From positions 68,695 to 132,694 of the forward strand of contig MWDJ01000004.1 in NCBI GenBank assembly GCA_002070505.1: DNA of 64,000 nucleotides. Reading direction: 5' to 3'. The notes beneath the pieces were generated by a model. It searched no databases. It was not told the DNA's origin and saw only the letters and a list, made by a program, of their open reading frames with translations. The translations under genes and the position numbers were made by a program. Source of the DNA: Bacteroidetes bacterium ADurb.Bin145 (GTDB lineage Bacteria > Bacteroidota > Bacteroidia > Bacteroidales > VadinHA17). Positions 27,840 through 36,652 of this stretch are shown piece after piece; position 1 is the stretch's first letter; each line of letters opens with the position of its first letter.

Positions 27840-29504
27840 TTATTGTACTGCTGCCTTCAGGAGCTCTTTTGCGTTTCTGATAGCGGTCGTAGTTATCTCG
27901 CTGCCGCTCAGTAACCTTGCGACTTCAATAATACGTTCCTCATAGGTCAACAACCTTATCTTTGTAACAGTTGAGTCACCGCTGTCATCCTTGAAAACGT
28001 GGTAATGCCTTGTTCCTCTTGATGCCACCTGTGGCAGATGTGTGATATTTACCACCTGCATATATTTTCCCATACCTGCAAGGATCTGTCCAACTTTATC
28101 AGCTGTCTCACCGGATACTCCGGAATCGATCTCATCAAAAATTATAGTCGGAAGATTATTGTTTTTAGTAAGAAGTGATTTCAGGCTAAGCATCACTCTG
28201 GAGAGTTCGCCTCCAGAAGCAATTTTTTCAAGATTTTCGGGCCGTATCTGTTTATTGGCCGAGAAAAGGAAATCAGCGTAATCAGTACCTGAAGATGTAA
28301 AATCCTTTAGTCTTGTCAATGATATGCTGAACCTGGCATTTGGCATTCCAAGCTGTTTCAGGATATCTGTTATTTTCTTTTCAACCTCATGGAGTACACT
28401 TTTTCTTTTCTCCGAGATCTCTTCACAATATGTCCTGAGCAACCTGGTCTCATTGGCAACCATCGTCTCAAGCTCTGTCATTCGTTCATCGCTGTTAACA
28501 AGCGATTTCACTTTTAATCTTATCTCTTCTCTCCTTTTAATAAGTTCATTGAGGTCTTTAAGCCTGTGCTTTTGAAGAAGGGAGTAAATTGCATCGAGTC
28601 TGTCATTGACCTCAGCAAGACGATGGGGATCGGCTTCGATAGATATCGCGAGTCTCTCAATTTCACGTGCAAGATCGTTTATTTCAATATAAGATGCTTC
28701 GGTCCGCTGAAGCAATTCCCCTCCGCCGGGGAGGAAGTCCTTTATTTTTGACAGGTTCAGTTTAGCTTCGCTTATCATTGTCAGTATTGAACTGCTCTCT
28801 GAAGAGAAGAGATTTGAGGCATTGCTCAATCCCAGTTTGATCTCTTCTGCATGGGTAAGCAATTCCTGTTCTTTTTCAAGTTCTTCCTGCTCTCCTGCAA
28901 CAAGTTTTGCTGCATCAAGCTGTTCAAGCTGGAATTGAAAATATTCCAGATCAGCTTTATTTCTTCCGGCTGTTTCAATTGCATCATCAAGTTCCTTTTT
29001 CAGGGTGCGGAAATTATGCCATACCTGCCTGTATTTCTCCAGCAATGCCGTCGTTCCGGCAAAAGAATCAATTACGCTTAGCTGGAATGAGTTATCCCTG
29101 AGCATCAGCGTCTGATGCTGGGAGTGAATATCTATGAGCCTTTCGCCAAGCTCTTTCAACAGATTGACAGTGACCGGGGTATCATTTATAAATCCCCGTG
29201 ATTTTCCTGCAGGATTGATCTCTCTTCTGATTATTGTAACAGGTTCATAATCCAGTTCGTTCAATGTAAAGAAATCCGCCAGATCATAGTTTTCGATCCT
29301 GAATGTTCCTTCGACAATGCATTTTTCGTTCTTCTCAAGGAGGACCGAAGTATCGGCCCTGCTTCCAAGTATAAGTGAAAGGGCTCCCAGAAGTATCGAT
29401 TTGCCTGCACCAGTCTCACCGGTAATTATAGTAAGACCATTTTCAAGCTCAACGTCCAGGTCCCTGATAAGGGCATAGTTTTGAACGAACAGTTTTACAA
29501 GCAT
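27840..29504 (-). CDS. recN: DNA repair protein RecN
   Basis: N-terminal Walker A GETGAGKS, long coiled coil, C-terminal ASGGELSR signature and IFDEIDSG Walker B. Confidence 0.95.
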   Translation of the reverse strand: MLVKLFVQNYALIRDLDVELENGLTIITGETGAGKSILLGALSLILGSRADTSVLLEKNEKCIVEGTFRIENYDLADFFTLNELDYEPVTIIRREINPAGKSRGFINDTPVTVNLLKELGERLIDIHSQHQTLMLRDNSFQLSVIDSFAGTTALLEKYRQVWHNFRTLKKELDDAIETAGRNKADLEYFQFQLEQLDAAKLVAGEQEELEKEQELLTHAEEIKLGLSNASNLFSSESSSILTMISEAKLNLSKIKDFLPGGGELLQRTEASYIEINDLAREIERLAISIEADPHRLAEVNDRLDAIYSLLQKHRLKDLNELIKRREEIRLKVKSLVNSDERMTELETMVANETRLLRTYCEEISEKRKSVLHEVEKKITDILKQLGMPNARFSISLTRLKDFTSSGTDYADFLFSANKQIRPENLEKIASGGELSRVMLSLKSLLTKNNNLPTIIFDEIDSGVSGETADKVGQILAGMGKYMQVVNITHLPQVASRGTRHYHVFKDDSGDSTVTKIRLLTYEERIIEVARLLSGSEITTTAIRNAKELLKAAVQ

Positions 29505-29519
29505 ATTCAGACATTATTG

Positions 29520-30449
29520 TCACCCGGCAGAGGTGATCCTTTCATATTTCGTTTTATTGGAGGGGTCAATCTCGGTAAGTATCTCCACTGCACGGCCCTT
29601 CTCCTCGGGAAACGATTCAGAAAAAATATTCACGAACTCATCTGTCCGGGCATCAAGAACGATCTGAACCAGGTACATAAAAGGATCAGGCTTTCTTCTG
29701 TAAACTACCTGGACAAGTCGTAAGCTCTCCACGATACTTGCCCTGGCTTCTGAGACTCTCGATTCCATTTTGTCAAGTCCGTTGATATAATACTGATAAA
29801 TGAACTGACGCACCTCCTCATACTCTTTATCAAGTATGTTCTTCACAAGCCAGTACCTGTTCCTGTTCCTTGAACCGTCGTACGGTTTCCAGCCGGTTTC
29901 CGGAGCATTCTGTGCATTAGTTACTATCTTCTCTGCCATCCTGAAAAATTCTGTTCCTCCAAGTGGAGAAAAAGAGTCATAATCAAATCCAAGGATAATA
30001 TAAGTATAATAAGCAAGGACAGATACCAGGTTTGATCTGTGAGTTGTAGCATCAAATTCAAGTGGTTGAAATTCAACGTACCTGAATCTGAAACTGTTAT
30101 CGATGAAGTTGAGCATTGTAGCACTGTAGGTTGTGTTATAAACAGGTCTCCTTGCCTGGATCTGGATGGTTCCTGAGAATTCATCAGCTGAGATCTGGTC
30201 AGTCAGGTTAATAAGAATATTGCAATCGATTCTTTCAGCATAACTGAACACGTGGTTTGTCCACACAGTGCTGTTCATGAATTCATAGATATCTCTCTGC
30301 ATATTCTCGAAGACCTGCCGGTTTGATCCCTGTATCTGCTGGGCAGAGACCTGTACATTGCAGTTGAGCTCCTGGGAACTGACAGGTCCATGAAGTACAA
30401 CCGCGATAATGGCAAGCAACGAATATCTGAGAATACGAATGAGTTCCAT
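29520..30449 (-). CDS. DUF4835 family protein (PorD-like T9SS-associated)
   Basis: Signal peptide. Conserved position between coaBC and recN in Bacteroidota. The family call is by synteny and general sequence pattern. Confidence 0.55.
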   Translation of the reverse strand: MELIRILRYSLLAIIAVVLHGPVSSQELNCNVQVSAQQIQGSNRQVFENMQRDIYEFMNSTVWTNHVFSYAERIDCNILINLTDQISADEFSGTIQIQARRPVYNTTYSATMLNFIDNSFRFRYVEFQPLEFDATTHRSNLVSVLAYYTYIILGFDYDSFSPLGGTEFFRMAEKIVTNAQNAPETGWKPYDGSRNRNRYWLVKNILDKEYEEVRQFIYQYYINGLDKMESRVSEARASIVESLRLVQVVYRRKPDPFMYLVQIVLDARTDEFVNIFSESFPEEKGRAVEILTEIDPSNKTKYERITSAG

Positions 30450-30457
30450 TCTGCAAA

Positions 30458-31132
30458 TTATTTGATCATCGAAACAATTTTGCCAAGTATATCCCTGGCT
30501 GCATCCTCTTTAGATTTCAACTCAAATTTATCAATATTATTGTACTTGTCAATGATGGTTATTCTGTTTGTATCATATTCAAATCCCGCACCTTCATCTC
30601 TTAGTGAATTCAATACTATAAGGTCCAGGTTCTTTCTGTGAAGTTTAGCAGTTGCATTTTTCAGTTCGTTGCTTGTTTCAAGGGCAAAACCAGCCAGTAT
30701 CTGGGATTTGTTCTTGATCTTACCGAGTGATCCGGCTATATCGACAGTAGGTTTAAGGGTTATTGTTATTGTCTCTTCACCTCTTTTCAGCTTTTCTTTT
30801 TCTGTTCTGACAGGAGTAAAATCGGCGACTGCTGCTGAAAGGATAGCTATATCGCACAAAGGAAAATTAGAGATACATTCCGAGGCCATTTCCTCAGCAT
30901 TCTGAATTTTTACGATTTTTATACTGTTGTTTCGTGGATTTATGTTCACAGGACCTGTCACAAGTACGACCTCTGCTCCCAAGTCTGCAGCTGCATCAGC
31001 AAGGGCTATTCCCATCTTACCTGAAGAATAGTTGCTTATAAATCTTACGGGATCAATAGGTTCTCTTGTGGGACCGGCATTGATAAGGATCCTTTTCCCT
31101 TTCAGCGGTTCACTTCTTTTTTTTTTTCGCAA
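30458..31132 (-). CDS. coaBC: Phosphopantothenate-cysteine ligase (CoaB half of a split coaBC)
   Basis: GKRILINAGPTREPIDPVRFISNYSSGKMG is the CoaB signature. The listed start is a TTG inside an A11 run, so this is probably the 3' part of one frameshifted gene. Confidence 0.8.
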   Translation of the reverse strand: MRKKKRSEPLKGKRILINAGPTREPIDPVRFISNYSSGKMGIALADAAADLGAEVVLVTGPVNINPRNNSIKIVKIQNAEEMASECISNFPLCDIAILSAAVADFTPVRTEKEKLKRGEETITITLKPTVDIAGSLGKIKNKSQILAGFALETSNELKNATAKLHRKNLDLIVLNSLRDEGAGFEYDTNRITIIDKYNNIDKFELKSKEDAARDILGKIVSMIK

Positions 31133-31667
31133 AGAAGTTTTTTATCTCCCTTACTATTTCTTCAGGTTCAGCCATCCTCCCTTTACCCTCAAGTCCGCTG
31201 GCCAGCTCACCTGATGAGGGATCGAGGATATTATTCCCGAATGCTTTAAGAGTCTCGATATTGATGACTGTAGCAGGGTGTTTAAGCATATCTGAATCCA
31301 TTGAAGGAGCAATAAAGACCGGGCATCTGGCAGAAAGATATGCTGTAAGAAGAAGATTATCTGCTATGCCGTTTGCCATCTTGGCAATTGAATTGGCAGT
31401 TGCCGGAGCAATAAGGAACAGATCAGCCCAGAGGGAGAGTTCAACATGATTGTTCCACTCACCATTCTCCTTATTATAAAACTCAGTAAGGACCGGGTTT
31501 TTTGATAAGGTCGACAGGGTAAGAGGAGTAATGAATTCTTTTGCATTATCAGTCATAATAACCTTAACCTCAGCCCCTTCCTTTACAAGAAGTCTGATGA
31601 CAACTGCGGTTTTATAGGCTGCAATGCCTCCGGTTACACCAACTAATATATGTTTGCCTTTCAGCAT
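31110..31667 (-). CDS. coaBC: Phosphopantothenoylcysteine decarboxylase (CoaC half of a split coaBC)
   Basis: Flavoprotein fold GKHILVGVTGGIAAYK and PAMN-like region. The ORF ends ...FFAKKKKK* inside the A11 run. Confidence 0.8.
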   Translation of the reverse strand: MLKGKHILVGVTGGIAAYKTAVVIRLLVKEGAEVKVIMTDNAKEFITPLTLSTLSKNPVLTEFYNKENGEWNNHVELSLWADLFLIAPATANSIAKMANGIADNLLLTAYLSARCPVFIAPSMDSDMLKHPATVINIETLKAFGNNILDPSSGELASGLEGKGRMAEPEEIVREIKNFFAKKKKK

Positions 31668-31669
31668 GC

Positions 31670-32014
31670 TTAAGCTGAAGTTTTGCTCTGTCTTACAGCA
31701 CTTTCAGGGTTCCTGTGGAATATCTTTTTTTCTTCGAGTTCCTGTAAAGCTATGAGGGTGGGTTTTGGCAGACGTTCATAGAATTTGGATATCTCTATCT
31801 GCTCCCTGTTTTCAAATACTTCTTCCAGATTATCGCTGTACGATGCAAACTCCTCCAGCTTCTTATTCAGTTCCTGTTTCATCTCGACAGCTATCTGGTT
31901 TGCCCTTCGTGACACAATAATTACTGTCTCGTAAATATTCCCGGTTCCTTGTGTCATAAGGTCAAGATTTCTGGTCACCGTTGTAACGGGGGCAAGTGAT
32001 TTTCTGTAGTCCAT
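31670..32014 (-). CDS. rpoZ: DNA-directed RNA polymerase subunit omega (Bacteroidota type)
   Basis: TGNIYETVIIVSRRANQI and EVFENREQIEISKFYERLPKPTLIALQE match Bacteroidota RpoZ. bamD-rpoZ-coaBC synteny. Confidence 0.85.
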   Translation of the reverse strand: MDYRKSLAPVTTVTRNLDLMTQGTGNIYETVIIVSRRANQIAVEMKQELNKKLEEFASYSDNLEEVFENREQIEISKFYERLPKPTLIALQELEEKKIFHRNPESAVRQSKTSA

Positions 32015-32016
32015 AT

Positions 32017-32859
32017 TTATTTTTTATTATTAGCTTCAGTAGTTTCAGTATCTGCCACGGATTTCTGCGGCTCAAGCTTGAGAGCCCTGGCCGTTGCGAG
32101 ATAAATTCTCCTTACATCCCTGGTGTAACGACTTTTGGGAAATTCCTCCGCAAAGGAATAATAGTCATCCAAAGCTGCCTGGTACCTTTCTGTCTGTTTG
32201 TTTGCCAGGCTGTTTTCCGCATACAGGAAAAGTGAATTCAGCTTAAGGTACATCATTTCTTCGCGGTACTTTGAATCGGAATATTCTTTCAGGCTGTTTG
32301 TTAGCGCCACAATAGCTGACTTGTATTCAGTCATATCATGATAGAGCCTGGCACTCAGGTAAGATTTTTCAACGAGCTTCTCCCGCAATTCTTTTATGAG
32401 GGCCCTGCATTCATCTGCACGCGGACTTGACGGATACCTGGTCAGGTAAAAATTAAATCCTTCGATAGCTGTCCTGGTATATTCCTGGTCAAGTTCAGCT
32501 CTTGGTGACATTTGGTAATCACACATGGCAGAAAGGAAATGTGCTTCCTCAATATACTTGCCGTAGCCGTACTGATCAGCATAAGATTTAAAATATGCCC
32601 CGGCACTCATATAATCTTTCATCCCATAGAAAGCCTGTGCATTCATCCAGTTGAGATCCTCAGCATCTTCTGTAGCCCTGAACCGTGGTATTATCTGAGC
32701 CAGCAATTCTGTAGCCTTTACATATTTCCCGGCTTCAAAGTACTCCTTGGTTTTGGTTTTTTTAAGTTCATAATCCGAGCTCTTAAGCAGCTTGTTATAT
32801 TCGCCGCAGGAACACAGAAGAACTAAAACAGAAAACAGTATGATTAACCTCGTCCTCAT
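32017..32859 (-). CDS. bamD: Outer membrane protein assembly factor BamD
   Basis: Lipoprotein signal (LLCSC), TPR-like repeats, 280 aa, conserved synteny. Confidence 0.85.
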   Translation of the reverse strand: MRTRLIILFSVLVLLCSCGEYNKLLKSSDYELKKTKTKEYFEAGKYVKATELLAQIIPRFRATEDAEDLNWMNAQAFYGMKDYMSAGAYFKSYADQYGYGKYIEEAHFLSAMCDYQMSPRAELDQEYTRTAIEGFNFYLTRYPSSPRADECRALIKELREKLVEKSYLSARLYHDMTEYKSAIVALTNSLKEYSDSKYREEMMYLKLNSLFLYAENSLANKQTERYQAALDDYYSFAEEFPKSRYTRDVRRIYLATARALKLEPQKSVADTETTEANNKK

Positions 32860-32873
32860 TTGAAAATGTTGCG

Positions 32874-32881
32874 CAAAATTA
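32874..32881 (-). promoter_or_regulatory. -7 motif TAATTTTG upstream of bamD
   Basis: Matches TAnnTTTG on the minus strand, 15 nt from the start at 32859. Confidence 0.45.
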
Positions 32882-32994
32882 CAATATATTTTTCAAATCA
32901 GATATAAAAACGTAATTTTTACCTGTTTATTCTATCACTGGCAGGCTTAACCAAATTAGGTATAAATAGGTATAAAGTAGTATCCGCTAATCGG

Positions 32995-33002
32995 TACTTT
33001 TG
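32995..33002 (+). promoter_or_regulatory. -7 motif TACTTTTG upstream of the alpha-oxoamine synthase gene
   Basis: Matches TAnnTTTG, 30 nt upstream of ATG 33032. Confidence 0.45.
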
Positions 33003-33031
33003 CAAAAAATCAAAGATTAATAGAATTTATA

Positions 33032-34276
33032 ATGGATATTTTCGACAAGATCAAATCGACAAAAGGAGCTCTGGGTCAGTATTCTGATTTTGCAGACGGT
33101 TATTTTATGTTCCCGAAACTTGAAGGTGAGATAGCACCAAAAATGAAATTCAGGGGGAAGGAGGTGCTTACGTGGAGTCTGAACAATTACCTTGGACTGG
33201 CCAATAATCCGGAAGTAAGAAAAGCTGATGCAGAATATGCTGCCAAATATGGTCTTGCTTACCCTATGGGGGCAAGAATGATGTCGGGGCAAACCACGAT
33301 GCATGAGAAGTTTGAACAAATGGCAGCTGAATTTGTAAGGAAGGAATCAGCATATCTTCTCAACTATGGCTATCAGGGAATGGTGTCGATAATTGATTCT
33401 CTTGTCGACAGGCACGACGTTATCGTTTATGACTCCGAATCGCATGCCTGTATCATGGACGGCCTCAGGCTCCATTTCGGGAAAAGATTCGTTTTCCCGC
33501 ACAACGATATTGACAGCTGCGAGAAGCAGCTGCAGCGTGCGACAAAACTTGTGGAGGAATCGGGCGGCGGCATACTTGTTATCACCGAAGGAGTCTTCGG
33601 AATGGCAGGAGATCTTGGTAAGCTTGACAAAATTGCCGCTCTTAAGGAAAAATATAATTTCCGCTTTCTTGTCGATGATGCCCATGGCTTTGGTACAATG
33701 GGAGCCACTGGTGCAGGTACCGGAGAACATTTTGGAGTTCAGGATAAAATAGACATATACTTTGCGACTTTTGCCAAGTCAATGGCAGGGATCGGAGGTT
33801 TTGTCGCTAGCACTAAGGAAGTCGTCACCTATCTGCGGTTTAATCTCAGGTCCCAGATATATGCCAAGTCCCTTCCGATGGCAATGACACTCGGAGCTAT
33901 CAAAAGGCTTGAGCTTATTCAGGCTCATCCTGAATACAGGGAGAAACTCTGGACAATCGTCAAATCACTCCAGAAAGGTCTCAGGGATGCCGGACTTAAC
34001 CTGGGTAATACGGAATCGCCGGTGACACCTGTCTTCTTCAAATGCCCGCTCGAACAGGTTACCCAGCTCATTTATGACCTCAGGGAAAATTATGGCATTT
34101 TCTGCTCAGTTGTGATCTATCCTGTCGTTCCAAGGGATGTTGTAATGCTTCGTCTTATCCCTACAGCTGTACATTCACTTGAGGATGTCGAGTATACTGT
34201 GAACGCCTTCAGAAACATCAAGAAGAAAGTTGATAATAACGAGTATCCAAATGAAATGGCGGATTTTTCCAAATAA
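33032..34276 (+). CDS. Alpha-oxoamine synthase family PLP enzyme (Kbl/BioF/serine-palmitoyltransferase-like)
   Basis: LNNYLGL, DDAHGFG and FAKSMAG (PLP lysine) motifs. 414 aa. Substrate specificity is not resolvable by eye. Confidence 0.8.
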   Translation: MDIFDKIKSTKGALGQYSDFADGYFMFPKLEGEIAPKMKFRGKEVLTWSLNNYLGLANNPEVRKADAEYAAKYGLAYPMGARMMSGQTTMHEKFEQMAAEFVRKESAYLLNYGYQGMVSIIDSLVDRHDVIVYDSESHACIMDGLRLHFGKRFVFPHNDIDSCEKQLQRATKLVEESGGGILVITEGVFGMAGDLGKLDKIAALKEKYNFRFLVDDAHGFGTMGATGAGTGEHFGVQDKIDIYFATFAKSMAGIGGFVASTKEVVTYLRFNLRSQIYAKSLPMAMTLGAIKRLELIQAHPEYREKLWTIVKSLQKGLRDAGLNLGNTESPVTPVFFKCPLEQVTQLIYDLRENYGIFCSVVIYPVVPRDVVMLRLIPTAVHSLEDVEYTVNAFRNIKKKVDNNEYPNEMADFSK

Positions 34277-34446
34277 GTAAAAACCATTTTAAGGCTATTT
34301 GGATTTCCTGCTTTTTAAATCTTTAAAACTAAAAGATAAGATATCAGCCTGCTGATTCTGAACAATTCTTTTCCCTGATCGTTATACAGGTAAAATTACT
34401 GTAACCTGTGAAATGATTCACGGTCAGATTGCTAAATATCTTCATA

Positions 34447-35088
34447 ATGCTGTCAAACGAAGAGCTTAAGAATTTGCTTAAGGGATACAATATGCTGCTT
34501 TATTTTTCAGGCAGCATGATATTAAGTGAACCCACTGATGAATGTGTTATCGATTTCTGGAATTCAAACAGGCTGAAACAGCTGCCGGTATCAAGTTCTA
34601 ATCCGAGGTTCCTGAAAGCCTCTTCCCTTCTGCGGAATTCCTGCTCCGACAAGGAGATCTGCAGTAAAAAGCTGTCCGACGACTATTTCAGGTTGTTTGA
34701 GACAGATGGCCTGCCACTGGCTCCGGCTCTTGAGTCAATCTTTAAAAATCATTCCGAAAGCAGTGAACAGGATGACTACGTCGGTGGATTCTACAATTCA
34801 TATGGTTGGGATTACAATCTGCGCGGGAAAATTAAAGATGATCATCTTGGTATTGAACTGCTTTTCCTTACACGTCTAATAGAGAAGTATCTTCAGCTTG
34901 ATGACCAACCCTGCAGGGCCGAGATGAGAAAAGAAATTCTGCGGTTCATAAATTCTCACATACTCTCATGGATCCCGGCATGGAATAAAGCTGTAACTGA
35001 AAACTCCCGTACTTTCTGTTATAAAGGTATTGCCGATCTTATCTATGCAAGCGTGGAGGATATCAGTGATATCCTTTCAGAAGCCTGA
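34447..35088 (+). CDS. TorD/DmsD-family redox-enzyme maturation chaperone-like protein
   Basis: DDYFRLFETDGLPLAPALESIF, DHLGIELLFLTRL and FINSHILSWIPAW fit the TorD family pattern. ATG 34447 preferred over TTG 34429. Confidence 0.65.
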   Translation: MLSNEELKNLLKGYNMLLYFSGSMILSEPTDECVIDFWNSNRLKQLPVSSSNPRFLKASSLLRNSCSDKEICSKKLSDDYFRLFETDGLPLAPALESIFKNHSESSEQDDYVGGFYNSYGWDYNLRGKIKDDHLGIELLFLTRLIEKYLQLDDQPCRAEMRKEILRFINSHILSWIPAWNKAVTENSRTFCYKGIADLIYASVEDISDILSEA

Positions 35089-35475
35089 TCAGAAATTCGG
35101 ATTAAAGAATCTGATTATTGCTCCGATATAATATTCCCGCCATCCTTCAGCAATCTCCTCAAAGTCATCATCAGGAATATTAGTATGCTCGACAGTGACC
35201 TGTGAATCTTGCCTGAATGGCTGAATTGAAATTGTCACTATTGATTTTTCAGGTTGTTCACCAAAATACCACTCCTGTACCACTTTATTGTCCGGAACAA
35301 ATTCAAGATTTTTCCCGGTTATATCACCTTCCCAGAGAGAAAATTCTGATCCGGGTTCAGCAGACATTACCGCAGGATAGCCTGACCAGAGCTCAATTGT
35401 AAAAGGATTGGTAAGTGCTGCATAAACGTCTGATGGTTCGGCATTGATAATGAAAGTCTTTTTGAAAGTCTTCAT
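35089..35475 (-). CDS. SRPBCC (AHSA1/START-like) domain protein
   Basis: 128 aa. INAEPSDVYAALTNPFTIELWSG... is typical of Aha1-like SRPBCC proteins. Confidence 0.75.
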   Translation of the reverse strand: MKTFKKTFIINAEPSDVYAALTNPFTIELWSGYPAVMSAEPGSEFSLWEGDITGKNLEFVPDNKVVQEWYFGEQPEKSIVTISIQPFRQDSQVTVEHTNIPDDDFEEIAEGWREYYIGAIIRFFNPNF

Positions 35476-35485
35476 TGGAAATCGG

Positions 35486-36484
35486 TTATTTTCTCATCTC
35501 TGATAAGTATCGTTCGGCATCAATAGCAGCCATGCATCCTGTTCCTGCCGCAGTGACAGCCTGTCGGTAGTGAGGATCCTGGACATCACCGGCTGCAAAG
35601 ACACCTTCGATGTTTGTCCGTGTTGTTCCAGGAATCGTTTTAATATATCCTGTTTCGTCTGTTTCAATGTATTTCCTGAATATTTCAGAATTAGGTGTGT
35701 GTCCAATTGCCAGGAAGAGTCCGTCAATTTTAATTTTTACCTGTTCTTCCTTAGGAGTTCCTTTCTTTTTTACAAGCACAGCACCTTCGACTCCGTTATC
35801 ACCGAAAAGATCGAGAACCTGATGTTCCCAAAGTACTTCAATATTCGGAGTATTCATTACCCTTTCCTGCATGGCTTTTGATGCCCGCAGAACATTTCTT
35901 CTTACGATAAGGTATACTTTATTGCAGATACCCGCGAGGTAAGTAGCCTCTTCAGCTGCTGTGTCACCACCGCCAACAACTGCCACATCTTTTTTCCTGT
36001 AGAAGAAACCATCGCATGTAGCACAGGCCGAAACTCCCATTCCTGCATATTTCTTTTCAGCCTCCAGTCCAAGATATTTTGCAGTTGCTCCGGTTGCGAT
36101 TATTACGGCATCTGCCTCCACTATCTTATTATCATCGAATATGATACGGTGCCTGACACCTGAAAAATCAGCATCAACAGCAATTCCCATCCGGATGTCC
36201 GTTCCGAATCGCTCAGCCTGTTTCCTTAGATCTTCCATCAATTGAGTGCCTGTAATACCGTCAGGATAACCGGGGAAATTCTCAACTTCGGTAGTTGTTG
36301 TAAGTTGTCCGCCCATCTGCAGGCCGGTGTAAAGAACCGGTTTCAGGTTAGCCCTGGCAGCATAGATTGCTGCAGTGTACCCAGCCGGGCCGGATCCGAT
36401 AATAAGACATCTTACCTTTTCAATATTTTCAGAATCAGGTTTTTCTGAACCTGGCGTTACATCAAGGGGCTTGAATAGTTCCAT
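35486..36484 (-). CDS. trxB: Thioredoxin-disulfide reductase
   Basis: GSGPAGYTAAIYAAR FAD motif, redox-active CATCDG, GGGDTAAEEA NADPH motif. Confidence 0.95.
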   Translation of the reverse strand: MELFKPLDVTPGSEKPDSENIEKVRCLIIGSGPAGYTAAIYAARANLKPVLYTGLQMGGQLTTTTEVENFPGYPDGITGTQLMEDLRKQAERFGTDIRMGIAVDADFSGVRHRIIFDDNKIVEADAVIIATGATAKYLGLEAEKKYAGMGVSACATCDGFFYRKKDVAVVGGGDTAAEEATYLAGICNKVYLIVRRNVLRASKAMQERVMNTPNIEVLWEHQVLDLFGDNGVEGAVLVKKKGTPKEEQVKIKIDGLFLAIGHTPNSEIFRKYIETDETGYIKTIPGTTRTNIEGVFAAGDVQDPHYRQAVTAAGTGCMAAIDAERYLSEMRK

Positions 36485-36504
36485 ATCCGGTACTTAAATG
36501 TATC

Positions 36505-36600
36505 GGCGTAAAAGTAGTAAAAAGGTGCAAAGGTGCAAAGGTGCAAAGGCGCAAAGGCGTAAAGGCATAAAGGCTACCTAAAGCAAAGACTATCAAAGGA
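36505..36600. repeat. Tandem array of 8-bp units (AAAGGNNN); core 36521..36576 has 7 units
   Basis: AAAGGTGC x3, AAAGGCGC, AAAGGCGT, AAAGGCAT, AAAGGCTA, then degenerate units. Located between the DUF362 stop and the trxB start. Confidence 0.9.
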
Positions 36601-36652
36601 TATTCGGTGCTTAATAGAGTATAAAGTTATCTAAATGGTTTAGATAATATCC

